64,000 bases of DNA from Patescibacteria group bacterium. GTDB taxonomy: Bacteria > Patescibacteriota > Microgenomatia > UBA8517. The notes beneath the pieces were generated by a model, which saw only the letters and a program-made list of their open reading frames with translations, was not told the DNA's origin and did no database searches. The translations under genes and the position numbers were made by a program. Numbering within the stretch: position 1 is the stretch's first letter; each line of letters starts with the position of its first letter. Of this stretch, positions 7,582 through 16,389 are shown one piece after another. Location of the stretch: contig JBHPHS010000001.1 of the NCBI GenBank assembly GCA_042571305.1, forward strand, positions 2,781-66,780. The letters are read 5' to 3'.

Positions 7582-8412
7582 ATGATCACATCAACCATAG
7601 CCAAACAAGAAGACGGAAGTATACAAATAAACTTTGTTGTTCCTTTTTCTGAAATTAAACAAGCTCAGGATAAAACTATTGCCGAATATGCAAAAGAGGC
7701 TGAAATTCCCGGTTTTAGAAAGGGAAAGGCTCCTGTTTCCAAAGTTGCTGAAAAGATTCCACAAAATACATTAATCGAAAAGTCTCTTGCACAAATTCTA
7801 CCAAAAGCCCTTTCCGATGCAATAAAGAAACACGACATTAAACCTGCAATTTATCCTAGATTTGAGCTAATAAGTGCCAAAGAAAATCAAGATTGGCAAA
7901 TAAGAGCCGTTACCTGTGAGCTGCCTAAGGTTGAGTTGGGAGACTATAAAAAGATAATTCCAGGAGAAATCAGGGCTGCGAGTTTGAAAAAAGAGCTTTC
8001 CAAAGAAGAAAAAGAACAGCTTGTGATAAAAACCCTTCTTGAAAGTACTAAAATAAACATTCCAAGTGTTCTTGTTGAGGAAGAGGTTAACAGCCGCCTT
8101 TCTAGCCTTCTTTCAAGACTAGAAAAGCTGGGCCTTGCACTTGAAGGATATCTAAAATCATTAGGCAAAACCTCAGACCAGTTAAGGGATGAGTATGAAA
8201 AGGGTGCAAAGGATGCAATTTCCCTTGATTTGATTCTTAATAAAGTTGTCGAGGATCAAGATATTCAAGCTGACCCAAAGCAGGTTGAGGAGGCATTAAA
8301 GTTAAGAAAACAGGCAAATCCCAAAGAAGAGGATCGGGAAGGTCAAAAAAGACTGGTTGAATCCATTCTTAGAAGAAACTCAGCGCTTGAAAAATTGGTT
8401 AATTTGAGCTAA
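7582..8412 (+). CDS. tig: trigger factor, short form lacking the PPIase domain
   Basis: The N-domain signature PGFRKGKAPV is present. The C-terminal arm region IPSVLVEEEVNSRL... is present. At 276 aa, no FKBP segment sits between them. Confidence 0.55.
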   Translation: MITSTIAKQEDGSIQINFVVPFSEIKQAQDKTIAEYAKEAEIPGFRKGKAPVSKVAEKIPQNTLIEKSLAQILPKALSDAIKKHDIKPAIYPRFELISAKENQDWQIRAVTCELPKVELGDYKKIIPGEIRAASLKKELSKEEKEQLVIKTLLESTKINIPSVLVEEEVNSRLSSLLSRLEKLGLALEGYLKSLGKTSDQLRDEYEKGAKDAISLDLILNKVVEDQDIQADPKQVEEALKLRKQANPKEEDREGQKRLVESILRRNSALEKLVNLS

Positions 8413-8426
8413 ACTGCCGCTATAAA

Positions 8427-9032
8427 ATGAATCAGCCGGCAAACAGTCAAAAAAAGAGTGATAAAAACACAAAAAGAGCAAATGTTCTTGAGAATCTTCG
8501 TGAGCTAAATACACCTGTTTCTAAAGATTTATTAAACCGGCTAATGGGTATTCCCACGCAAGAAAAGAAATACTCTGGTGACCTTGCCCAAGGTGAGAGT
8601 TTGGAAATGAATGAGGTTTTCAAAGGCACTCTCGAAGAGAATAAAAAACTCAAAGGACAAATGATGCTTGAAAAAAGATTATCAGAGGAAGAAAGGGTTC
8701 TTTCTGAAAACAAATCAAATCAATTAAAGGTTCAGCTTCAAGCTTTAATCCAAGAAATTACCTCACTTGCCAAGGCAACAACCGATATTGCAAAGGAGAC
8801 CCAAGTTGCAATGATTCATGCACCAGCAAGTCCGGGAGTTTATCATATAACATTCTTTGAAAATGTTTTGAGTTTTCTTAAATCATTCAGAGAAAAGATT
8901 GAAGATGCCTCCATATGGCTTTCTGCTTCCAACAAAAGAGCTGAAAAGAAGAACTACTGGGCAATGTACAAGAAAAAGGGAAGCTCCTTCCTTTTGGCCC
9001 CTGATCATTACGTCTCAAGGGCGGCTGGATAA
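8427..9032 (+). CDS. hypothetical coiled-coil protein
   Basis: This 201 aa ORF is lysine/glutamate-rich with no recognisable motif. Confidence 0.35.
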   Translation: MNQPANSQKKSDKNTKRANVLENLRELNTPVSKDLLNRLMGIPTQEKKYSGDLAQGESLEMNEVFKGTLEENKKLKGQMMLEKRLSEEERVLSENKSNQLKVQLQALIQEITSLAKATTDIAKETQVAMIHAPASPGVYHITFFENVLSFLKSFREKIEDASIWLSASNKRAEKKNYWAMYKKKGSSFLLAPDHYVSRAAG

Positions 9033-9065
9033 TTACACCTCACATTTGATAGAATATAGTCTCAA

Positions 9066-9143
9066 GATCGCGTAGCTCAGTCTGGTTAGAGCGCATCGTT
9101 GACATCGATGAGGTCGCAGGTTCGAGCCCTGCCGCGATCACCA
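9066..9143 (+). tRNA. tRNA-Val (anticodon GAC), CCA encoded
   Basis: The acceptor stem is GATCGCG/CGCGATC. The anticodon stem CATCG/CGATG carries loop TTGACAT. The T-arm is GCAGGTTCGAGCCCTGC and the sequence ends ACCA. Confidence 0.85.
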
Positions 9144-9146
9144 CGA

Positions 9147-9220
9147 GGGCCCATGGCGCAACTGGCTAGCGCGCTTCAATGGCATTGAAGAGGTTGAGGG
9201 TTCAAATCCCTCTGGGTCCA
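9147..9220 (+). tRNA. tRNA-Ala (anticodon GGC) with the G3:U70 identity pair
   Basis: The acceptor stem is GGGCCCA/TGGGTCC with a G3-T70 wobble. The anticodon loop ATGGCAT and the T-arm GAGGGTTCAAATCCCTC are present. It starts 3 nt after tRNA-Val. Confidence 0.85.
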
Positions 9221-9221
9221 C

Positions 9222-9803
9222 TCAAAGAGGTTCAGCACTTGAAGATGCAGTAGGAGTAGGAGAAACGGTTGATGTCGGGGTAGGTAAACTTGTAGGAATA
9301 GGCTCAGGACTTTTGGGTAATACCTCCATATTTTTTGCATCAGCAACTTTCAGCAGTTTCTCTGTTTTGTTGTAACTTCCCGCAGCAAGAACTCTTCTTC
9401 CTACCAAATCCATCAAATCCAATCCATAAGGAACATCTAAGGTAATTGCCTCGGCGGAGGTCGTCACAAGATAGAACTTGTTCGTTGCCTCACTGTATTG
9501 AAGCTTACCTGTATAGGCGGTATCCCTCCAAATTTCAGGAGCGGGAGTTGGTGTTTCCTTAACTTCAACAGCTTGTTCAAAGAAAGGAATCTTGAAAGGT
9601 AAAACAACCCTACCCAAACCAAAAGCAACGGTAAAGATAACAAGAGATATTGCAATTGCCGTAAGAGGTTTAACTCTAAGTCTAAACTCTACACCTTCAT
9701 TACCTATTACTTTATTCCACCATTTTTTCAAATAAGTTATGGGGTTTGTAACCTTTACATCTACCAAAGGAGGATCTTGATTATCAGCAGGAGTATCAAC
9801 CAT
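9222..9803 (-). CDS. hypothetical membrane-anchored protein with a Pro/Thr/Ser-rich C-terminus
   Basis: It has one TM helix (LTAIAISLVIFTVAFGLGRVV) and a PT-rich tail. Its stop lies 2 nt from the tRNA-Ala 3' end. Confidence 0.45.
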   Translation of the reverse strand: MVDTPADNQDPPLVDVKVTNPITYLKKWWNKVIGNEGVEFRLRVKPLTAIAISLVIFTVAFGLGRVVLPFKIPFFEQAVEVKETPTPAPEIWRDTAYTGKLQYSEATNKFYLVTTSAEAITLDVPYGLDLMDLVGRRVLAAGSYNKTEKLLKVADAKNMEVLPKSPEPIPTSLPTPTSTVSPTPTASSSAEPL

Positions 9804-9862
9804 ACACTTTTAGTGTACAAAGATTTGATTGTATGCGCAACTTTTTAAAACTTTTAATGAAG

Positions 9863-10054
9863 TTATCCTCTAGAGTTTCTTAGGTTTTCGGCTGAGTTCT
9901 TTAAACCTTCATCAACTCCAGAATCTTCAGAAGCATTTATTACTAAATTTAGCATATCATTACTTACGTCCTCATCACCATTTTTTATGGCTTCGCGTGT
10001 AATCTTAAATCTATCTTCATCCAAATTTCCCAAATCGATCTCCTGGTTTGTCAT
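9863..10054 (-). CDS. small acidic hypothetical protein
   Basis: It is the only ORF in an otherwise empty 350 bp gap. It has no motif. Confidence 0.25.
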   Translation of the reverse strand: MTNQEIDLGNLDEDRFKITREAIKNGDEDVSNDMLNLVINASEDSGVDEGLKNSAENLRNSRG

Positions 10055-10152
10055 GATTGGAGTATTTTATAATACTTATTATGTTTTCTCAAGCTTGTTT
10101 GATAATTTATAATTATCTGTTCAAAGAGCGTGTTTTTTAGTATGATTAATGC

Positions 10153-11892
10153 ATGGATAACCTAAGACACTCCTGTTCACACCTGCTTGCTGCTGCAGTT
10201 GTTAATTTGTGGCCAAAGGTACAACCCACCATAGGACCTGTTATTGAAAACGGGTTTTACTATGATTTTGATATGGGTGGGGCTAAATTGTCCGAAAAGG
10301 ATCTTCCTAAAATTGAAAAGAAAATGAAGGAACTTCTTCCTAATTGGGGAGTTTTTGAAAAGATTGAAATGACAGCTAAAGAAGCAGAAAAGATATACAA
10401 AAATAATCCCTATAAACAAGAATTAATAAAAGACCTTCAAAAGGAAAAACAAAAAATAACATTCTACGAATCAGGGAAGTTTTTGGATTTATGCAAGGGT
10501 GGTCATACAGATAGCCCCAAAAGCAAATTAAAATATTTCAAACTTTTGTCAGTTGCTGGTGCTTACTGGCGGGGGAGTGAGAAAAATAAAATGCTTACCC
10601 GAATTTATGGAACTTGTTTTCCAACCCAAAAAGAGCTTGATGAATACCTTAATATGCTTAAAGAAGCTAAAAAGAGGGATCATAGGAAGATTGGTAAAGA
10701 ATTAGATCTTTTTACATTTTCTGAGGATGTTGGTCCGGGTTTACCTTTATGGACCCCAAAAGGAACAATCATTCAGCAGGAATTAAGAGACTGGGCTGAA
10801 GAAACAGAAAAAAAGTGGGGATACGTTCGTGTTCGTACACCCCATATTGCAAAACATACTCTTTATGAAACTTCCGGACATCTGCCGTATTACATGGAGG
10901 ATATGTACCCTCCCATGAATGTTGACGGGGATGATTACTACCTTAAAGGTATGAATTGTCCACACCATCATTTGATTTACAAATCTTCACCCAAATCATA
11001 CAAGGATTTACCCTTAAGATACGCTGAGTATGGGGAGGTGTATCGCTTTGAACAATCAGGAACACTTTTTGGTTTAATGAGGGTTCGTTTTATTCAACAG
11101 AATGACGCTCATATTTACTGTTCTGAAGAGGATGCAGAGAAGGAATTTTTAGATGTGCTTAAACTTCATGAGTATTACTACAACACACTTGGTTTAACTA
11201 GAGACAATTATCACGTTGTTGTAGGTTTACCAGATGAAAAAATGAGAAATAAATACCACGGAGATAAAAAACTTTGGGTTAAGGCAGAAAAAATGATGAC
11301 ATCGGCAATAAAGAAATCAGGAATAAAGAGTGTTGATGATATTGGAGGTGCAGCATTTTATGGTCCAAAGGTGGATTTTAATGTAGTTTCCTCAGTCGGA
11401 AGAGAGTTTGGTATTTCCACAAACCAACTTGATTTATACATGCCTACACGTTTTAATCTGACCTACACAAACAAATACGGTCAAGAAAAATTGGCTGTTG
11501 TTATCCATAGAGCTCCTCTTGGTTCACACGAAAGATTTATCGGCTTTTTAATAGAACACTTTGGAGGCAATTTCCCAACATGGCTAACCCCTACCCAAGT
11601 CAAGGTCTTACCGATTACCGAAAGGAATGTTGATTATGCTAAACAAGTTGTTAAATCCTTAACAGATAATAATATTCGAGTTGAATTGGATGATCGAAAT
11701 GAAACATTGCAGGCAAAAATAAGAGATGCCCAGCTTGAAAAGGTTGCTTACATGCTTATTGTGGGAGATAAGGAAGAAAAGACAAAAGGTGTATCAGTTA
11801 GAAAAAGAAACGGAAAAGATTTAGGAGCACTCAAGCTAGATAGCTTTATTAAGGATATTAAAAAAGAGATTGAAGAAAAGAAAATTGACTGA
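10153..11892 (+). CDS. thrS: threonyl-tRNA synthetase (N-terminally short form without the TGS domain)
   Basis: The ThrRS class II blocks HRKIGKELDLFTF, GPGLPLWTPKG, YRFEQSG and GTCFPTQ are present. The protein starts at the editing-domain His cluster. Confidence 0.85.
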   Translation: MDNLRHSCSHLLAAAVVNLWPKVQPTIGPVIENGFYYDFDMGGAKLSEKDLPKIEKKMKELLPNWGVFEKIEMTAKEAEKIYKNNPYKQELIKDLQKEKQKITFYESGKFLDLCKGGHTDSPKSKLKYFKLLSVAGAYWRGSEKNKMLTRIYGTCFPTQKELDEYLNMLKEAKKRDHRKIGKELDLFTFSEDVGPGLPLWTPKGTIIQQELRDWAEETEKKWGYVRVRTPHIAKHTLYETSGHLPYYMEDMYPPMNVDGDDYYLKGMNCPHHHLIYKSSPKSYKDLPLRYAEYGEVYRFEQSGTLFGLMRVRFIQQNDAHIYCSEEDAEKEFLDVLKLHEYYYNTLGLTRDNYHVVVGLPDEKMRNKYHGDKKLWVKAEKMMTSAIKKSGIKSVDDIGGAAFYGPKVDFNVVSSVGREFGISTNQLDLYMPTRFNLTYTNKYGQEKLAVVIHRAPLGSHERFIGFLIEHFGGNFPTWLTPTQVKVLPITERNVDYAKQVVKSLTDNNIRVELDDRNETLQAKIRDAQLEKVAYMLIVGDKEEKTKGVSVRKRNGKDLGALKLDSFIKDIKKEIEEKKID

Positions 11893-11911
11893 TATAATCT
11901 ACACTTAGAAG

Positions 11912-12481
11912 TTGAGAAGAAAACAAAAAACCTTTTGGCTAATAAACGAAGCAATCCGTGCCCCTGAGCTTAGAGTAATTACCGCGGAAGGAAAACAAAT
12001 AGGTGTGATGGGAAAGGATGAGGCCTTGCAAAAGGCAAAAGATGATGGACTGGATCTTGTTGAGATTGCAACCTCTGCCAAACCGCCTGTTGCCAAACTT
12101 GTTGAATTCGGTAAGTTTAAGTACCAGGAAGAAAAAAAGGCAAGACGGGAAGCAAAAAAGACAAAAGCTGGTGAATTAAAAGAGGTAAGATTTTCACCAT
12201 TTATTGCTGAAAATGATTACAATACCAGGTTTGAGAAGGTTAAAGAGTTTTTAGAAGAGAAAAATAAGGTCAAAGTTGTAGTAGTGTTTATGGGCAGGCA
12301 AATGAATAGCAAAAGGTTTGGATATGACCTTATAGACAGAATATTAAAAGACTTGGGAGACAAAGTTATAACCGATATGCAACCTAAGTTTTTAGGAAGA
12401 CACTTGGTAACTATAGTTTCACCAGTTTTTAAAAGCAATGCCAAAACAAAAGACAAGAAAATCGATAACAAAAAGGTTTAA
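11912..12481 (+). CDS. infC: translation initiation factor IF-3, non-AUG (TTG) start
   Basis: [14 protein letters not shown]...[22 protein letters not shown]...[15 protein letters not shown] is present. The only in-frame start after the upstream TAG is TTG at 11912. Confidence 0.8.
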   Translation: MRRKQKTFWLINEAIRAPELRVITAEGKQIGVMGKDEALQKAKDDGLDLVEIATSAKPPVAKLVEFGKFKYQEEKKARREAKKTKAGELKEVRFSPFIAENDYNTRFEKVKEFLEEKNKVKVVVVFMGRQMNSKRFGYDLIDRILKDLGDKVITDMQPKFLGRHLVTIVSPVFKSNAKTKDKKIDNKKV

Positions 12482-12653
12482 AGTTACCAAAACAGGTAAA
12501 GTGTTAAGGCGCCAAGGTTTTAGGCGTCATTTGAGTGTTAAAAAAAGCTCAAAAAAGCTAACCAATCTTAAAAGGGTAAAGGAGCTTAAAGGTTTTTATG
12601 CTAAAAAGATAAAAAAATCACTAGGTGTAAAAAAACCAAAGAAGAAAATATAA
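12438..12653 (+). CDS. rpmI: 50S ribosomal protein L35
   Basis: [25 protein letters not shown] matches L35. Confidence 0.8.
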   Translation: MPKQKTRKSITKRFKVTKTGKVLRRQGFRRHLSVKKSSKKLTNLKRVKELKGFYAKKIKKSLGVKKPKKKI

Positions 12654-12992
12654 ATGGCCAGAACAAAAACAATCGCTCAAAGAAAACACAGAAAGATATT
12701 AAAAAGGGCTAAAGGATTTAAACAATCCCGGAAACAAAGGGTAAAGGTGGCAAAAGAGGCATTACTTCATGCAGGTGCCTATGCCTACCACGGAAGAAAA
12801 TTAAGAAAAAGAGATTTAAGGTCTCTTTGGATTACAAGACTAAATGCTGCGGTTAGGGAAAGTGATCTTTCTTATTCAAAATTTATAGCTTCCCTAAAGA
12901 AAGCAAAAATCGAAATAAACAGAAAGATTCTCTCAGATATCGCACTTAAGGATCCTGATACCTTTAGTCAAATCATTAAAGAATTAAAATGA
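12654..12992 (+). CDS. rplT: 50S ribosomal protein L20
   Basis: MARTKTIAQRKHRKILKRAKGF...HAGAYAYHGRK matches L20. Confidence 0.85.
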   Translation: MARTKTIAQRKHRKILKRAKGFKQSRKQRVKVAKEALLHAGAYAYHGRKLRKRDLRSLWITRLNAAVRESDLSYSKFIASLKKAKIEINRKILSDIALKDPDTFSQIIKELK

Positions 12993-13064
12993 TAACCTTT
13001 TTCTCTACCAACTTTTCATTTAAAATGATCTAAGCTGGTGGGGATAGGTATTATTAAACAATAA

Positions 13065-13088
13065 CTCTCCACCGGGGGAGTTTTTTTT
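13065..13088 (+). terminator. intrinsic terminator after rplT
   Basis: Stem CTCTCC/GGGGAG with loop ACCG is followed by a T8 run. Confidence 0.5.
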
Positions 13089-13104
13089 ATTTATATATAC
13101 ATTT

Positions 13105-14130
13105 ATGAGAGAAGAAATAATTAACATTAAAAACGAAGCAATGGCTCAGATTATGTCTGTAAGAGACATTTCTGAACTGGAAGATATCAGAGTTAGCTAC
13201 CTTGGTAGAAACGGTAAAATTGCCAGCTATTCCAAGGATATAAAAAGTCTTAATCCTTCCGAAAAAAAACATATTGGTATTTTATTAAACGAAACTAAAG
13301 ATACTATTGAAAAATTATTAAATACTCAAAAAAATAAAATAAAAGAAACAGTAAGGGTGTGGTTTGATCCTACTGTTCCCGGAATAAAACCTCCCATCGG
13401 TCACACGCATCCTGTAACCTTGGCAATTAACGAAATCTCCACCGCTTTTGAAAATATTGGATTTAGCAGAGTTAGATATCCTGAAGTTGAATGGGACTGG
13501 TTTGCTTTTGAGTCACTTAACATGCCTGCCAATCATCCGGCAAGGGATGAGTGGGAGACCTTTTTTGTAGATCAGCCACCAAATTCCAAATTAGGACAAG
13601 TGGTATTAACACCTCATACCTCAAACGGTCAGGTAAGAGAGATGCAAAGGGTTAAAACACCACCTATAAGGATGATTAATATTGCAAAATGTTTTAGACG
13701 CCAATCGGATATATCCCACGTTCCAATGTTTCATCAGTTTGAAGGACTTGTAATTGATAAAGATATTTCTATAGTTCATTTAAAAGGTACACTTGATTGG
13801 TTTGCAAAATCATTTTTTGGAGCCAAAAGAAAAACCAGATTAAGACCTTTCCATTTTCAATTTACTGAACCATCCTTTGAGGTTGATGTAAGTTGTGGGA
13901 TTTGTGATGGCAAAGGATGCAGGCTTTGTAAGGAAGGATGGCTTGAGATGGGAGGATCTGGTATGGTTCATCCCAACGTTCTAAAAAATGGTGGAATAAA
14001 TCCTTCAAAATATACCGGGTTTGCTTTCGGTTGGGGAGTAGAGAGGGTCTTTATGATGAAGGCGGGAATTAATATACCAGACATTAGAATTCTTTACAAT
14101 TCAGACTTAAGATTTTTAAGACAATTTTAA
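13105..14130 (+). CDS. pheS: phenylalanyl-tRNA synthetase alpha subunit
   Basis: FRRQSD...HVPMFHQFEGLV, the class II motifs and the GWGVERV C-terminus are present. Confidence 0.85.
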   Translation: MREEIINIKNEAMAQIMSVRDISELEDIRVSYLGRNGKIASYSKDIKSLNPSEKKHIGILLNETKDTIEKLLNTQKNKIKETVRVWFDPTVPGIKPPIGHTHPVTLAINEISTAFENIGFSRVRYPEVEWDWFAFESLNMPANHPARDEWETFFVDQPPNSKLGQVVLTPHTSNGQVREMQRVKTPPIRMINIAKCFRRQSDISHVPMFHQFEGLVIDKDISIVHLKGTLDWFAKSFFGAKRKTRLRPFHFQFTEPSFEVDVSCGICDGKGCRLCKEGWLEMGGSGMVHPNVLKNGGINPSKYTGFAFGWGVERVFMMKAGINIPDIRILYNSDLRFLRQF

Positions 14131-14134
14131 ATAT

Positions 14135-16087
14135 ATGGATTTAATAATTCCTGATTCTTGGCTTAGAGAGTTTTTAAAAACAAAGGCAACTTCCAAACAA
14201 ATTGCCAAGTGTGTTTCTTTGTCCGGGCCTTCTTTTGAAAAGATATCAAAGGCAGGAGGTAGTCTTGTTTATTCGGTTGAGGTAACAACCAACAGGGTTG
14301 ACTCTGCAAGCGTTTACGGAATCGCCAGAGAAGCAAGTGCGATACTTCCTAGATATGGAATAAAAGCAACATTATCAACCATTAAACCAAAATGTAATGT
14401 TAAATTTGTCAAAAAAGTAAATTACCTGAGTGCCGTTGTTGATAATAAACTATGCTTCAGATTTACCGCGGTTTTAATTAAAAACGTAAATATCAAACCT
14501 TCCCCGAAATGGATGCAAGAAAGACTTAAAGAGGCTGGGGTTCGACCAATTAACAATGTTGTGGATATTTCTAACTATATTATGCATGAGTTGGGCCAGC
14601 CAGTTCACACTTTTGATTACGACAAAATAAAAAACCAGAAAATGATTTTAAGAGCTTCAAAAAAGGGAGAGGAAATAACCACACTTGATGGTAAAAAACA
14701 CTCCCTTTTGGGGGGTGATATTGTAATTGAGGACGGTGAGAGAAGATTGATTGATCTTGCTGGAATAATGGGAGGGGAAAATTCAGCTGTTGATGCAAAA
14801 ACCAAAAATGTTCTTCTTTTTGTTCAAACCTATAATCCCGTAAACATTAGAAAAACCTATATGCAACAATCCCAAAGAACTGATGCAGCAGTTTTATTTG
14901 AAAAGGATCTTGACACAGAACTAGTTGAGCCTACGATGAAGAAAGCAATTGACTTATTTAATGAGCTGACAAATGGTACTCACCAAAAAGAAATACTAGA
15001 TATTTACCCTAATCCCTACAAAGTTAAAAAGGTTGTAACAAATATTGATTTTATTAATAAGGTTATAGGTATAAATATTGCCAAAAAAGATATCACAAAA
15101 ATTCTTCAGGGTTTAGGATTTGAAACATTATGGAAAGGAAATAATCTTTCTGTCCTAATTCCCTCATTTAGAGCAAAGGATATTAATATACCCGAAGATA
15201 TAGTTGAAGAGATAGCCAGGATTTACGGTTATTACAACCTAACAGCTAAACTAATGCCTGGAGAAATACCTGGTTTGGTTAAAGACACCATTTTTGACTT
15301 TGAAAACAAAATTAAAAATATTCTTAAAGGATTTGGTGGAACTGAAGTATACACACCCTCTCTTGTCTCAGGAGAGCAAGTTGAGGCAAATGCACTTAAA
15401 CTAACAAACCCATTAGGTGCTGAGTCTGAATATTTAAGAAACTCATTTCTACCTTCTTTGGTTAATGCAGCTAAACAAAATTCTCAGGAAGCAAAACCAT
15501 TCTTTCTTTTTGAAGTTGCCAATATTTACATTCCAAAAAAAGAAAATCTTCCAGATGAGAAATTGATGCTTGGTGTGATATTTTCAAATACCAGCTACAG
15601 AAAGATGAAAGGCGTTGCTGAAGCATTATTGGATGAGCTTCATATAAAAGCAAAGTTTGTACCTGAAGATGCAAAGTTTTTTATACCTAGCAAGAGGGTT
15701 ACTATTGAAGCAAAAAAACAAAAGATCGGAATACTGGGGATCTTAGAAAAGAAAAACTTGGGATACTTTGAGTTTCCAATTAAGGATTTATTAAAGTTAG
15801 GTTCAGATACAGTTTCTTACAAATCCATACCTAAATATCCTCCGCAGATTGAAGATATTACACTTTCCTTTCCTGCAAAAACCAGAATTGGGGATGTATT
15901 GGAAGAAATAAACATAAACTCTGAAAATATTACAGCTAGTTTGGCAAACATCTACAAAGGTGCGTATACATTTAATGTTCGCTTCCTTCACCCCACAAAG
16001 ACACTAACTAATAAAGATGTTGAAAAGATAAGAAATAAAATGCTTCAGTCAATTAAATCAAAGTTTGGAGCCTTGCTTAAGACCTAA
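14135..16087 (+). CDS. pheT: phenylalanyl-tRNA synthetase beta subunit (shortened form)
   Basis: It lies immediately downstream of pheS. B3/4 and B5 regions are recognisable (GIMGGENSAVD, EDIVEEIARIYGY). Confidence 0.75.
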   Translation: MDLIIPDSWLREFLKTKATSKQIAKCVSLSGPSFEKISKAGGSLVYSVEVTTNRVDSASVYGIAREASAILPRYGIKATLSTIKPKCNVKFVKKVNYLSAVVDNKLCFRFTAVLIKNVNIKPSPKWMQERLKEAGVRPINNVVDISNYIMHELGQPVHTFDYDKIKNQKMILRASKKGEEITTLDGKKHSLLGGDIVIEDGERRLIDLAGIMGGENSAVDAKTKNVLLFVQTYNPVNIRKTYMQQSQRTDAAVLFEKDLDTELVEPTMKKAIDLFNELTNGTHQKEILDIYPNPYKVKKVVTNIDFINKVIGINIAKKDITKILQGLGFETLWKGNNLSVLIPSFRAKDINIPEDIVEEIARIYGYYNLTAKLMPGEIPGLVKDTIFDFENKIKNILKGFGGTEVYTPSLVSGEQVEANALKLTNPLGAESEYLRNSFLPSLVNAAKQNSQEAKPFFLFEVANIYIPKKENLPDEKLMLGVIFSNTSYRKMKGVAEALLDELHIKAKFVPEDAKFFIPSKRVTIEAKKQKIGILGILEKKNLGYFEFPIKDLLKLGSDTVSYKSIPKYPPQIEDITLSFPAKTRIGDVLEEININSENITASLANIYKGAYTFNVRFLHPTKTLTNKDVEKIRNKMLQSIKSKFGALLKT

Positions 16088-16364
16088 TAAGTTTGAAGGA
16101 TGGTTCAACATCTCTATTTGTAGTCTTTCTGACTGCAATATCTATTGCGGCAAACAAAGACTCGTTTTCAACTTCGAAGTCATTAAAACCTTCGGTGTTA
16201 TCTAATTTATGAAAGATTCTATAGGCACGTTCAAACTTCTTATCCGCAACTGCTATCTGAGCATTAAAATAACTCTTAAGCCAACCCTTCTGTTTTTCAT
16301 CAACCTCAGCTGGTAATAAACTCTCGACAACACCCCAATTGCCAGTTGTTACGTATCTCTCCAT
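16077..16364 (-). CDS. hypothetical protein
   Basis: This 95 aa ORF lies downstream of and co-oriented with PBP1A. It has no motif. Confidence 0.3.
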   Translation of the reverse strand: MERYVTTGNWGVVESLLPAEVDEKQKGWLKSYFNAQIAVADKKFERAYRIFHKLDNTEGFNDFEVENESLFAAIDIAVRKTTNRDVEPSFKLIRS

Positions 16365-16389
16365 AATTAAGGTATTTTACACTATCGGG

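Noticed and set aside
9034-9062. Possible tRNA promoter (TTACAC ... TATAGT) upstream of tRNA-Val
   Set aside because: The hexamers are weak and the spacing is ambiguous. It is plausible, but it cannot be distinguished from chance in AT-rich sequence.
12438-12481. 44 nt overlap between infC and rpmI as a possible frameshift or sequencing error
   Set aside because: Both proteins read through with full-length homology to IF3 and L35 in their own frames. The overlap is just the Lys-rich IF3 tail, so it is a genuine overlap.
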